Shown: one piece after another, positions 1 to 12,335 of the stretch
Numbering within the stretch: position 1 is the stretch's first letter
Layout of the letters: each line of letters opens with the position of its first letter
Assembly: GCF_018350175.1 (NCBI RefSeq)
Contig: NC_058368.1
Coordinates: forward strand, 199,084,001-199,148,000
Source: Felis catus
Lineage: Eukaryota
DNA: 64,000 bases
Reading direction: 5' to 3'
Program-made: the position numbers and the translations under genes
Notes under the pieces: model-generated
Databases searched by the model: none
What the model was told of the DNA's origin: nothing
The model's input: the letters and a program-made list of their open reading frames with translations, nothing else

Positions 1-170
1 TTTACTAAGTGCCTGATGCTGTTCCAGGTGCTTGAGCTATATCCCTGAACAAAACAGAGATGCCTGTCCTCCTGGAGTTTATAGCCTAACTGGGGAAGAC
101 AGATGTAACCAATAAACATAATAAATTATTCGGTGTAATCTAGTGATAAAAGAAAAAATAGAGGAAGATA
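1..170 (-). mobile_element. L2 (LINE2) 3'-end fragment, ancient
   Basis: tttactaagtgcctgatgctgttccaggtgct...gaacaaaacagagatgcctgtcctcctggagtttatagcctaactgggg resembles the reverse strand of the L2 3' end. Confidence 0.6.
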
Positions 171-202
171 AGGATGCAAAGCCTGATTGAAATTCAAAGC
201 CT

Positions 203-303
203 GGGGACACCTAGCTGACTCAGTCTGTAGAGCATGAGACTCTTGATCTCAGGTGGTAAGTTTGAGCCCCACATTGGGTGTGGAGATTACTTAAAAATGA
301 AAT
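203..303 (+). mobile_element. short tRNA-Lys-like CanSINE (old type); its tail is interrupted by a younger SINE
   Basis: ggggacacctagctgactcagtctgtagagcatgagactcttgatctcagg...gtttgagccccacattggg gives A/B-box tRNA head. Confidence 0.75.
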
Positions 304-304
304 C

Positions 305-534
305 TTTTTTTTTTAATTTTTTCAATGTTTTTATTTATTTTTGAGACAGAGAGTGAGAGAGACAGAGCATGAGCAGGGGAGGGGCAGAGAGAGGGGGAGA
401 CACAGAATCTGAAGCAGACTCCAGACTCTGAGCTGTCAGCACAGAGTCCGACGCGGGGCTCAAACTCCTGAACCAAGAGATCATGACCTGAGCTGAAGTC
501 ATATGCTTAACCAACTGAGCCACCCAGGCACCCC
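305..534 (-). mobile_element. CanSINE (SINEC_Fc-type)
   Basis: tRNA head, (CT)n and A-tail on the minus strand; TSD aaaaatgaaat at 293-303 and 535-545. Confidence 0.95.
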
Positions 535-1479
535 AAAAATGAAATATTTAAAAAAAAATTCAACGCCTGAACTCAACCACTTCACTATAGTTTTCTATTA
601 CAGTTTTTTGACCATGGGAAATCTACAAAGAACCTGTTTACATTAATGATTATAAGCAACTGGGCCCAGGCCTTTCCTGAGGCAAGGGAGGCACATGTGT
701 AACAGGTCTTGAATATAATGAGAATCACCCATGAAAATATTTAAAGATGAGAAACAGGCCCCAGGGGAGGTCACAACTCAACAGTGCATCCTGGAGCCTT
801 AAATTTCTTCTGCGTTCTAAACTCTGCCTTTGGAAAAGGGAAAGACACCCACAAATTAAATCCAAACATCTCACAAAATGGCCTCTTTAAAGGATGAGCA
901 ATGGCATGCATCTGGCCCCCAGGGGGCCGACCCTCAGACCAGAACTCCATTCTGCAAGGTTTGGTCATTTGCAAATGTAAACCCACTACTGGCTTCTTCC
1001 ATCAGTCACACTGCCTAGCATTGCAGGGGCTTGCCAAAACGTTCATTTGTGTTTTCTTGTTCTCTTTTCTAAACTCACAACCAAGAAAATATTCAATAAG
1101 TAAAATTACCCATGACCTATAATCTTATCCACATTTCTTACAAAGGTTGTCTTTTCCAGACTTCAACGACTAGTTGAAGCCATCAGGAAGGGATTACTGT
1201 TGTTATGAAATGTGTAAACCATTGATTATACAAGATTCTCATCTTAGCTTTGGCATCTGGCAGTCTCCCTGTGTGTCCGAGGGTTCATGCGCATGTGTGC
1301 CTAGACACAGAATGTAGAAAGAGGGACCAGTAGATAGACAAGTAGGTGATTATTTAAGGTTTAAATGCGGAATTGAAATATAAAATTTCTTTGCCTCACC
1401 ATTCAGCCTAAAGGGCTATTTCACTGTGGGAGAGAATAAATGTCTACAGACATGTAGCAGAGGTCTTATTTGGGGAATA

Positions 1480-1900
1480 TTAATCCATCCTCCACCACAG
1501 ACAAGCACATGGTTCAGGCCTGACCAGTCATTTGAATTCCATTTCCCTGGCCATGGTGATTGACTCAGAAGGGGACCAACCTGGGCCAATGAGAGTCTTT
1601 CCCAGGACTTGGGTTGATGCTATCTGGAAAAAGATCTGTTCTACTAGGGCTGCTAAAGGGGTCAACTGTGAGCCTGTAGCTGCTTTGGCATATTTGTCTC
1701 TCTGTGTGGAGTCAGCCTGAGGATGAAGCCAGGAGAAGAGGGACACAGTGTCCTCAGATGTCACTTGAGTCCTTGGATATAACTGCTCCTGAAGCTAGAT
1801 GGACTTCCCAGTGATAGGAATTAATACATTTTCTTCTTTGCTTCAACAAGTTTAAACTGGGCTTTTGTCACTTGGAACCAAATCAATGTTAATATGCACA
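1480..1900 (+). mobile_element. MaLR solo LTR (MLT1J/K/L-like), degraded
   Basis: ctgggccaatgagagtctttccc... and 3' terminus gtttaaactgggcttttgtcacttggaaccaaa, typical of old MLT1 LTRs. Confidence 0.6.
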
Positions 1901-1921
1901 GGATTGTCAAGCAGAATGACC

Positions 1922-2150
1922 ACTAATTGAGTATCTGCTGTGTGTTAGGCACAGTCCTAAGTGCATTACATCCTGTGTCTCATGAACTCCTCCTAATAGT
2001 GCTCTAAGTTGGTTGATGTTGCTGGATTTCAGAACAGGAAAGTAAGGACTTAACCATAAGATTAAGTTGCCCATCCAAAGACATATGGTTAGCAGGTAGC
2101 CTAGTGGAAATTTGGAGGCAGGATGCTAAGGCTCTTGAGTTCATGATCTT
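1922..2150 (-). mobile_element. MIR SINE
   Basis: attgagtatctgctgtgtgttaggcacagtcctaagtgcattaca...gattaagttgcccatccaaagacatatggttagc matches the MIR core. Confidence 0.7.
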
Positions 2151-2329
2151 CCCACCCTTGGCACAAATGGTAGCACAGTTGGAAAAAGAGTTCTTATCAC
2201 AAGACCCTGAAAATCACTTATTAGTGATTCTTAGATATTCATTTACCTGTTTGTGAGTGGGGATTAATATTTTATGAAATAAAGAATATTAGCAAAATTG
2301 GCAAATTATAAGTCTTTACCATTGGCTCT

Positions 2330-2651
2330 TGTTTTTAAACAACTTTATGGAAATATAATTCGCATACCATACAATTCATCCACTTAAAGTATATAATTTA
2401 ATGATTTTTAGTACATTCATATATTTGTACAATCATCACTACAGTCAATTTTAGAAATGTTCATCACGTCAAAAGGAAAACCATACCCTGTGGCTCTCAT
2501 TCCCCTCTCTCCTTGATATCTCTCCAATGATGTGCCCACCCATCACCCTCCCAGCCATAAGCAAGCACTAACCTACTTTCCATCTCTGTAGATTTCTTTA
2601 TTCTGGACTTGCACATGAATGAAAGCATAGTGTGTGGTCTTTTGAGACTGC
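2330..2651 (-). mobile_element. old eutherian L1 (L1MB-like) 3' end; resumes at about 12265
   Basis: aactttatggaaatataattcgcataccatacaattcatccacttaaagt...; continues colinearly as gactgccttctttgttttagtataatgtttctaaggtttatccatgttgtag after 12265. Confidence 0.75.
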
Positions 2652-4079
2652 TTTTTTTTTTTTTAACTGAGTTATAAGTGACATTTGTTTTCTCATAATA
2701 ACTTGTAAGATTTATTCTCAACTACTTTCAAATATGCAATACAGCATTATTAACTACAGACACCATGCTGTACATTATATCCCCAGAACTTATTTTATAA
2801 CTGGAAGTTTATACCTGTTGACTCCATTCACTGGTTTCTCCTATTCCCTATCCCTGCCTCTGACAATCCCCAATGATCTTGGTTTTGGTTTTTGTTACTA
2901 TTTTGGGGTTTTTTTAGATGCCATATGTAAGCAAGATCATACAGTATTTTTGTCTTTCTCTGACTTACTATACTTAGCATAATGCTCTCAAGGTTCATCC
3001 TTGTTGTTGCAAATGGAAAGATTTCCTTCATTTTTATGACTGAATAATATTCCATTGTATACCTATACCACATTTTTATCCATTGACCCATAAATGGACA
3101 TATAGGTTGTTTTCATATTTTGGATATTATAAATAATGCTACAATGAACATGGGGGTGTTTATATTTTTTTCTTGTTAGTATTTTCATTTTCTTTGGACG
3201 AATACCCAGAAATGGAACTGCTGGATCATATGATAGTTTTATTTTTAATTTTTTGAGGTTTTCCATATTACTTTCCATAATGACTGCACCAATTTATATT
3301 CCTGCCAACAGGGCATATGGGTTCCCTTTCCTCCACTTTTTTGCCAACACTTACCATTTCTTGTCTTTTTGATAATAACCATTCTGTGAAGCTATAGGTA
3401 TGAGGTGATATGTCATTGTGGTTTTGATTTGCATTTCCTTGATGATGAGTAATGTATCTTTTCATGGCCATCTGTATGTCTTCTTTAAAAAATTGTCTAT
3501 TCAGATCTTCTCATTTTCAACTAAGATTTTTTTTTGCTATTGAGTTGTATGAGTTTTTTATATTTTTTATATTAGCCCTTTATCAAATATATAATTTGCA
3601 AATATTTTCCCCCATTTGGTCAGTAGCCTTTCACTATGTTGATAGTCTCCTTTGCTGTGCAGAAGCATTTTAGTTTGATGCTGCCCCATCTATTTACGCC
3701 TGCTCTTGTTGCATTCTCTTTTGGTGTCAGATCCAAAAAATATTCAAGACTAATGTCAACGAGCTTACCACATATGTTTTCTTCTGGAAGTTTTATGGTT
3801 TCAAGTTTTACATTCAAATCTTTAATCCATTTTGATTAATTTTTGTGTATGGTGTAAAAATACTGGTCCAGTTTAGTTCTTTCCCATATGACTATCCATT
3901 TTTCCCATTATGAAGAGACCCTACCTTCCCCATTGTATATTTTTGGCTTCTTTGTTACAAATTAACCATACACATGTGGGTATGTTTCTGGGCTCTGTTC
4001 TGTTTCATTCATCTATGTGCCTGTTTGCTGTTTAAGACAGAGACCGCACTATCGTGCATGCAAGAACAGGGAGGGATGG

Positions 4080-5692
4080 CCAAATTGGCCAGGAGGAGGC
4101 CAAACTTTCACTCTTTGCAGATGACACGATACTCTATCTGGAAAACCCAAAAGATTCCACCAAAAAACTGCTAGAATTGATTCATGAATTCAGCAAAGTT
4201 GCAGAATATAAAATCAATACACAGAAATCAGTTGCATTCCTATACACCAACAATGAAGTGACAGAAAGAGAAATCAAGGAATTGATCCCATTTACAGTTG
4301 CACAAAAAAACCATAAAATACCTAGGAATAAATCTAACCAAAGAGGTGAAAAATCTATACACTGAAAACTATAGAAAGCTTATGAAAGAAATTGAAGAAG
4401 ACACAAAGAAATGGAAAAAGATTCCATGCTCCTGGATAGGAAGAACAAATATTGTTAAAATGTCAATACTACCCAGAGCAATCTACATATTCAGTGCAAT
4501 CCCTATCAAAGTAACACCAGCATTCTTCACAGAGCTAGAACAAACAATCCTAAAATTTGTATGGAACCAGAAAAGACCCCGAATAGCCAAAGCGATCTTG
4601 CAAAAGAAAACCAAAGCAGGAGGCATCACAATCCCAGACTTCAAGCTATACTACAAAGCTATAATCATCAAGACAGTATGGTACTGGCACAAGAACAGAC
4701 ATTCAGATCAATGGAACAGAATAGAAAACCCAGAAATGGACCCACAAGTGTATGGGCAACTAACTTTGACCAAGCAGGAAAGAATATCCAATGGAATAAA
4801 GACAGTCTCTTCTGCAAGTGGTGCTGGGAAAACTGGACAGCAACATGCAGAAGAATAAACCTGGACCACTTTCTTACACCATACACAAAAATAAACTCAA
4901 AATGGATGAAAGACCTCAATGTAAGACAGGAAGCCATCAAAATCCTCGAGGAGAAAGCAGGCAAAAACCTCTTTGATCTTGCCCGCAGCAATTTCTTACT
5001 CAACATGTCTCCGGAAGCAAGGGAAACAAAAGCAAAAATGAACTACTGGGACCTCATCAAAATAAAAAGCTTCTGCACAGCGAAGGAAACAATCAGCAAA
5101 ACTAAAAGACAACTGACAGAATGGGAGAAGATATTTGCAAATGACATATCAGATAAAGGGTTAGTATCCAAAATCTATAAAGAACTTATCAAACTCAACA
5201 CCCATGAAACAAATAATCCAGTGAAGAAATGGGCAAAAGACATGAATAGACACTTCTCCAAAGAAGACACCAGATGGCCAATTGATGCATGAAAAAATGC
5301 TCAACATCACTCATCATCAGGGAAATACAAATCAAAACCACAATGAGATACCACCTTACAACTGTCAGTATGGCTAGCATGAACAACTCAGGCAACAATA
5401 GATGTTGGCGAGGATGCAGAGAAAGAGGATCTCTTTTGCATTGTTGGTGGGAATGCAAGCTGGTGCAGCCACTCTGGAAAACAGTATGGAGGTTCCTCAA
5501 AAAACTAAAAATAGAACTACCCTATGACCCAGCAATTGCACTACTAGGCATGTATCCAAGGGATACAGGTGTGCTGTTTTGAAGGGACATGTGCACCCCC
5601 ATGTTTATAGCAGCACTATCAACAATAGCCAAAGTATGGAAAGAGCCCAAATGTCCATCGATGGATGAATGGATAAAGAAGATGTGGTGTGT

Positions 5693-5734
<42 letters not shown>

Positions 5735-6063
5735 CGCAAATCTTGCCATTTGCAACTACGTGGATGGAACTGGAGTGTATTATGATAAGTGAACTTAGAA
5801 AAAGACAAAAATCATATGACTTCACTCATCTGAGGACTTTAAGAGACAAAACAGATGAACATAAGGGAAGGGAAACAATAATATAAAAACAGGCAGGGGG
5901 ACAAAACAGAAGAGACTCATAAATATGGAGAACAAACTGAGGGTTGCTAGAAGAGTTGTGGGGGGGGATGGGCTAAATGGGTAAGAGGCACTAAGGAATC
6001 TACTCCTGAAATCATTGTTGCACTATATGCTAACTAATTTGGATGCAAATTTAAAAAAAAAAC
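4080..6063 (+). mobile_element. 5'-truncated felid L1 (ORF2 3' part plus 3' UTR), frameshifted
   Basis: RT motif LFADDTILY (ORF 4054-4365), [12 protein letters not shown]-terminal CWRGC..HCWWECK; A-tail near 6053; TSD aagaacagggagggatgg (4062-4079) / aacaacaaggagggatgg (6064-6081). Confidence 0.95.
5685..5737. repeat. (GT)n(GC)n compound microsatellite
   Basis: visible directly. Confidence 0.95.
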
Positions 6064-7430
6064 AACAACAAGGAGGGATGGAAGGATGGAGGGAGAGGAA
6101 GAGAGAATCTTAATCAGCCTCCATGCCCAATGTGGAGACTTGTCATGGGGCTCACACCCATGAACTGTGAGATCATGACTTGATGCAAAGTCAAGAGTCA
6201 GACTCTTAACCACCTGAAACGCCCAGGTGCTCCTATGTGCCTGTTTTCATGTCAGTACCATATTCTTTTGATTATTCTAGCTTTGAAATATGGTTTTAAA
6301 GCATGCCTTTAGCTTTGTTTTTTCCCCCTCAAGATTTATTTGGCTATTCAGGGTCTTTTGTGGTTCTATACAAATTTTAAGATTGTTCTATTTCTGTGAA
6401 AAAATGCCATTGGAATGTTGCTGGGACTGCATTGAATCTGTAGATTGCTTTGGGTATTATGGGTATTTTAACAATATTCTCCTAATTCATGAGCACAAAA
6501 TGTCTTCATATTTATTTGTGTCTTCTCCAGTTTCTTTCCTCAGCATCTTACATTTTTCAGTGTACAGGTCTTTCACCTCCTTGGTTAAATTTATCCGTAG
6601 GGAATAAATGGGAACTACTTTGGCTGCATCCCATAACTTTTGGTATATTGTGTTTCCATTTTCATTTGTTTCAGGCATTTCTTTTTAGATTTTTTTTTTG
6701 ATCCATTGGTTTTTCAGTAGCATGTTGTTTATTCTCCACATATTTGTGAAATTTCTCATTTTCTTCTTGTAATTGATTTCTAGGTTCATACTCCTGGGAT
6801 AGAAAAGATATTTGATAGTTCAATCTTCTTAAAGTTATCAAGACTTGTTTTGTAGCCTAACCTATCCTGGAGAATGTTCCATGTACATCTGAGAGGAATG
6901 TGTGTTTTCCTGCTTTTGGATGGAATGTTCTTGTATATATTAAGTCCACGATCTAATGGATCATTTAAGGCGAATGTTTTCTTACTGATTTTCTGTCTAG
7001 AGGATCTATCCAGTGATGAAAGTGGGGCTAAACCCCTCTCCTATTATTGTATTGCTACTTCTTCCTTTATGTTTGTTAATGCTTGCTTTATATATTTAGT
7101 TACTTCTATCTTGGGTGCATAAATATTTGCAAGTATTATATCCTCTTATTAGATTGGCCCCTTAATCCTTATGTAATGTTCTTCTTTGTCTCTTATTACA
7201 ATCTTTGTCTTAATGTCTATTTTGTCTGATGTAAGTATAGCTACCACTGCTTTCTTTGCGTTTCATTTGAATGGAATATCTTTTTTTAATGCCTTCACTT
7301 TCCGTATATGTGTGTCCTTACATATCAAATGAGTATCTTGTAGGTAGCATATGGATGGGTCTTGATTTTTTTTTAATCCATTCACCCAATCTATGTCTTA
7401 TGATTGGAGAATTTAGACCATATACATTTA

Positions 7431-8789
7431 TATTTTTTTTTATTTTTTTTATTTTTTCAATATATGAAGTTTGTCAAATTGGTTTCCATACAACAGCCAG
7501 TGCTCATCCCAAAAGGTGCCCTCCTCAATACCCATCACCCACCCTCACCTCCCTCCCACCCCCCATCAACCCTCAGTTTGTTCTCAGTTTTTTTTTTAAT
7601 TTTTTTTAACGTTTATTTATTTTTGGGACAGAGAGAGACAGAGCATGAACGGGGGAGGGGCAGAGAGAGAGGGAGACACAGAATGGGAAGCAGGCTCCAG
7701 GCTCTGAGCCATCAGCCCAGAGCCTGACGTGGGGCTCGAACTCACGGACCGCGAGATCGTGACCTGAGCTGAAGTTGGACGCTTAACTGACTGAGCAACC
7801 CAGGAGCCCCAGTTTGTTCTCAGTTTTTAAGAGTCTCTTATGCTTTGGCTCTCTTCCACTCTGACCTCTTTTTTTTTTTCCTTTCCCTCCCCCATGGGTT
7901 TTTGTTAAGTTTCTCAGGATCCACACAAGAGTGAAACCATATGGTATCTGTCTTTCTCTGTATGGCTTATTTCACTTAGCATAACACTCTCCAGTTCCAT
8001 CCACGTTGCTACAAAGGGCCATATTTCATTCTTTCTCATTGCCATGTAGTACTCCATTGTGTATATAAACCACAATTTCTTTATCCATTCATCAGTTGAT
8101 GGACATTTAGGCTCTTTCCATAATTTGGCTATTGTTGAGAGTGCTGCTATAAACATTGGGGTACAAGTGCCCCTATGCATCAGTACTCCTGTATCCCTTG
8201 GGTAAATTCCTAGCAGTGCTACTGCTGGGTCATAGGGTAGGTCTATTTTTAACTTTTTGAGGAACCTCCACACTGATTTCCAGAGTGGCTGCACCAATTT
8301 GCATTCCCACCAACAGTGCAAGAGGGTTCCCATTTCTCCACATCCTCTCCAGCGTCTATAGTCTCCTGATTTGTTCATTTTGGCCACTCTGACTGGCATG
8401 AGGTGATATCTGAGTGTGGTTTTGATTTGTATTTCCCTGATGAGGAGCGACGTTGAGCATCTTCTCATGTGCCTGTTGGCCATCTGGATGTCTTCTTTAG
8501 AGAAGTGTCTGTTCATGTTTTCTGCCCATTTCTTCACTGGGTTATTTGTTTTTCAGGTGTGGAGTTTGGTGAGCTCTTTATAGATTTTGGATACTAACCC
8601 TTTGTCCGATATGTCATTTGCAAATATCTTTTCCCATTCCATTGGTTGCCTTTTAGTTTTGTTGGTTGTTTCCTTTGCTGTGCAGAAGCTTTTTATCTTC
8701 ATGAGGTCCCAGTAGTTCATTTTTGCTTTTAATTCCCTTGCCTTTGGGCATGTGTCAAGTGAGAAATTACTACAGCTGAGGTCAGAGAG
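7431..8789 (-). mobile_element. 5'-truncated young felid L1 (L1_Fc-type 3' UTR)
   Basis: open 207-aa ORF2 C-terminus (ORF 7914-8537); TSD tagaccatatacattta at 7414-7430 and 8790-8806. Confidence 0.95.
7593..7810 (-). mobile_element. SINEC_Fc inserted in L1 3' UTR
   Basis: TSD agtttgttctcagttttt at 7575-7592 and 7811-7828. Confidence 0.95.
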
Positions 8790-10479
8790 TAGACCATATA
8801 CATTTAAAGTAATTATTGATAGTTAGGTACTTATTGCCATTAAAAAAATTATTTTCTAGCTGTTTTGTAGTTCCTGTGTTCCTTTCTTCTCTTGCTCTCT
8901 TCCTTTGAGACTTGATTTTCTGTAATGGTATGCTTTGATTCCTTTCTCTTTCTCTTTTGTGTAATTACTGTAGATTTTTACTTTTAGGTAACCATGAGGC
9001 TTATATAAAACAACTTATATTTATTACATGCTACTTTAAGTTGATAAGTTTGAATGCATTCTAAAGCTCTATATTTTTACGCTCCCCTTCCCACATTTTA
9101 TATTTTTTATTTCACATTTTACATCTTAAAATCATGTGTATCCTTTATCTAATTATTGTTTTTAGTTATTTTTTACTGCTTTTGTCTTTTAACCTCCATA
9201 CTAGCTTTGTAAGTGATTAATTACCATTACAGCATCAGATTATTCTAAGTTTTACTATGTATTTAACTTTATCAGTGATATTTATACTGTCATATGTTTT
9301 TCTGTTAGTAATCAGCACCTTTCATTTCTACTTAAAGTACCTTTAACATTTCTTGTAAGGCTGATCTAGCGGGATGAATTCCTTTAGCTTTTGCTTATAT
9401 GGAAAACTCTTTATCTCTCCTTCAATTCTGGATGACAACTTCTCCAGGCATTTGACTGGCAGAATTTTTCTTTCAACACTTTGAATATGTCATGCAGAGT
9501 ATCTGCTGAAAAATCTACGAGTTGTCTTATGGGGATTTTCTTGCACACAACAAGTTGATTTTCTCTTGATGCTTTTAATATTCTCTTCTTGTCTTTAACT
9601 TGACATTATGATATGAATCTCTTGTGTGTAATTGTTTGGGCTTCCTGGATCTGGATGACTGTTTCCCTCCCTAGGATAGGGAAGTTTTCAGTCATTATTT
9701 CTTCAAATAAATTTTCTGCCCTTTTCCCTCTCTTTCTCTCTCTTTTCAGGAGCTCTACTACGTGAATGTTGGTCTGCTTAATGTTGTCCTACAAGTGCCT
9801 TAAGCTATTTTCTTTTTTCATTCTTTTCACTTTTTGCAGCTGATTGTGTTAGTGCCAGTGCCTGTCTTTGAGTTCACAGACTCTTCTACTTCATCCAGTC
9901 TGCTTTTGAACCTCTCCTGTGTATTTTTCAGTTGTGTTATTGTACTTTCAACTCTGTAACTTCTACTCAGTAATTTCCTATATTTTCTGTGTGTTAAAAT
10001 TTTCACTGTGTTTATCCATCCTTCTCCCAATGTGGTGAGCATCATTATGACCATTATTTCAAACTCTTTATTAGGTAAGTCACCTATCTCCATTTCATCA
10101 AGGACTATTTGTGATGTTTTATCTTCTTCTTTTGTTTGTAACATATTCCTCTGGTTCTTCATTTTTCTTGACTCTCTGTTGGTTTCTATGCATTAGATAA
10201 AACAGCCACCTCTCTCATTCTTAAGAGTGGCCTCATGTAGGAGATGAATCTTATTGTTCAAACTTGCTCTAGCTCTTGATTGTCTCTCAAACCTTTGTGA
10301 TTGGCCAACCAGCCTATTTTAGATTTAATGACTGCTAGTAGTTGAGAGTGTGCCATGACCAGTTAGAGTCCCAAAGAGGAAGATTTCAGTGAGCACCTAG
10401 ATTCAGGCTGATTGGAAGCCAGATCCTCAGGCAGCAGCTTTTAAAATATGCAAATATGTGCAGTTCTATGGGACTTCAA

Positions 10480-11600
10480 GTTTAAGTCCCACTGGCCACC
10501 ATAGCTAGGCAATTTAGAGGTGTCTCCTGTGTGGCTGTTGCAATAAATCAGGGCACCAAATGAGTGTATAAGCACTTTAGATAAGCTAATGGAACAGAGC
10601 TGTGGTGGTAGCCACAAAAATCAGGGAGCCAGACATCAGTACAGGTACCTTTCTGGGAGATACCAGTGAGCTGAAGTGAGGCAGAGGAGAGGACAAAGAT
10701 GATGTTCACTGGCCTCTGTCCCCAGAGCACCTCAGTAGGCTGCTAGATGTGTGCCAAACCAGATGCCTGCCACTCAGACCAATGCTCCAGGATAAGCAGA
10801 TAGGCCTCTTTCAGGGAAAGACTGGGCACATGTTTCAATCTAATATTTATGCAGTGCCCTGGGGATAGTGGCCGACCAAATTGATCTCTCCAATTGTTTC
10901 AATCTCCATGGGACCCAGGAAGACAAGCTCTGCTGGCCACCAGATCCAGACAATCAAGGAGTGGCCCTGGGCACCAGCCACAAAATCCAGGGCACTAGAC
11001 ACTGTAAATGCTCCTTTTGGAAGATATTGGTGCTTTGGAGTATGACAGAGGGAGAGCACAAAGATAGCACCTACCCTCCAAAGTCTCTGGAAAGGATTAT
11101 AGTCAGCCCTTAGATATGTGTTTAATTAGAAACACAGGCCACAGCTACAAAGATAAGCTAATAGGCCTTTTTCACAGAAAGGCTGGGCTTCTTGGACTGT
11201 TGCCTCTTGCTGTGTCCTGGGGATAGTAGATGGTTAAGAATACTTTCTTTATTAGTTATGGTCCTGTGGGATTCATAAGTTTAAGCCCCAGAAGTTCACA
11301 GAGTCAGTGACCTAGAGGTGTCCATTAGGCACTAGCCACAAAATTCAGGGTGCCCGACAGGGCTACAGTCTCCTTTCTGGGAGATACCAGTGAACTAAAA
11401 GGAGGCAGAGGGAAAGTGAAAAAGTGATGTCCATTGGCCTCTGTCCTGAGAATATTTCACTTGGCCCCTAGACATATGTTAAATTAGATGCTTACTCCTC
11501 AGGCAGACACTTTAAGATAAGCAAATAAGCCTCTTCCACAGAAAGTCTGGGTGCTTTTCAGCTAGCTGCCTCTGCACTGGGCCCTGGATGGGTATATCTG
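10480..11600 (-). repeat. about three diverged ~360-bp tandem units in the L1 5' UTR
   Basis: agccacaaaa..cagg anchor at 10610, 10976 and 11334, each followed by gataagc..ataggcct..cacagaaag-like motifs. Confidence 0.75.
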
Positions 11601-11739
11601 AGCTTACAAGCCCTTTAAGAGCTTTTTCTCACTCACTGTAGCCTTGTGGGTCTTATAGATGTGGGCTCCATTGGCTTTCAGAGCTAGATGTTTTGGGGAC
11701 TCATCTCTCAGGTGAAGGTCTTAACAGTTGGGATGTCCA

Positions 11740-11955
11740 GGGGTGCCTGGGTGGCTCAATCGGTTAAGCATCTGACTTTGGCTCAGGTCATGATCTAACG
11801 GTTCACGAGTTTCATCCCTGCATCGGGCTCTGTGCTGACAGCTCGGAGCCTGCTTCGGATTCTGTGTCTCCCTCTCTCTCCCTGCCCCTCCCCCATTCAT
11901 ACTCTATCTCTGTCTCTCAAAAAATAAATAAATGTTAAAAAAAAATTTTTTTTAA
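11740..11955 (+). mobile_element. CanSINE (SINEC_Fc-type)
   Basis: TSD agttgggatgtcca at 11726-11739 and 11956-11969. Confidence 0.95.
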
Positions 11956-12335
11956 AGTTGGGATGTCCAATAAGGACTTCAAAACCTACATTCCTTGGGA
12001 AGAAGCTCTAGGTTTTAGTCCTTTCCTCATTGTAGGTCACCATGCCATAGGTTGGGTTTATGGTAAAATTGTGTTTCAGCCTCTCCTACCTGCTTTGATA
12101 TGGGTTTATTGTTTATTTGCCTGATATATGAGTCACTCTGCTAGTTTTGGGTGTTTTTTATTTTTTCAGAGGAAATTGTTCCATAAGTAGCTGTAGATTC
12201 AGTGTATCTGTGGAAGGAGGTGAATTCAGTATCTTCCTACATTGCTATCTTGAATCAGAATCCATGACTGCCTTCTTTGTTTTAGTATAATGTTTCTAAG
12301 GTTTATCCATGTTGTAGTATGTATAATATTTCTTA

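Larger units (their letters stand above)
4027..6232 (-). mobile_element. older CanSINE split in two (4027-4079 and 6064-6232) by an L1 insertion
   Basis: SINE head at about 6100-6232; TSD ctatgtgcctgttt at 4013-4026 and 6233-6246. Confidence 0.8.
2652..12263 (-). mobile_element. near-full-length older carnivore L1 (L1_Carn/L1MA9-like), dead, with internal RT deletion and nested insertions
   Basis: poly(T) at 2652; ORF2 C-terminal remnants (ORFs 2828-3091, 3063-3278, 3620-3817); endonuclease region about 6610-7430; ORF1 remnant (ORF 9827-10162 MKNQRNMLQTKEEDK); 5' UTR ending in a degenerate gccatctt-type end; degenerate TSD gactgc(c)tt at 2646 and 12266. Confidence 0.85.

Noticed and set aside
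203..290. tRNA-Lys gene
   Set aside because: Degenerate, has an A-rich tail and similar copies at 20120, 21203 and 46490; a SINE/retrocopy, not a functional tRNA.
4054..5582. Long ORFs (186 aa, 243 aa) as a host gene
   Set aside because: They are frameshifted pieces of L1 ORF2 in a 5'-truncated insertion.
10480..11600. CRISPR-like or prokaryotic repeat array
   Set aside because: Mammalian DNA; units are long diverged tandem repeats with no repeat-spacer structure.
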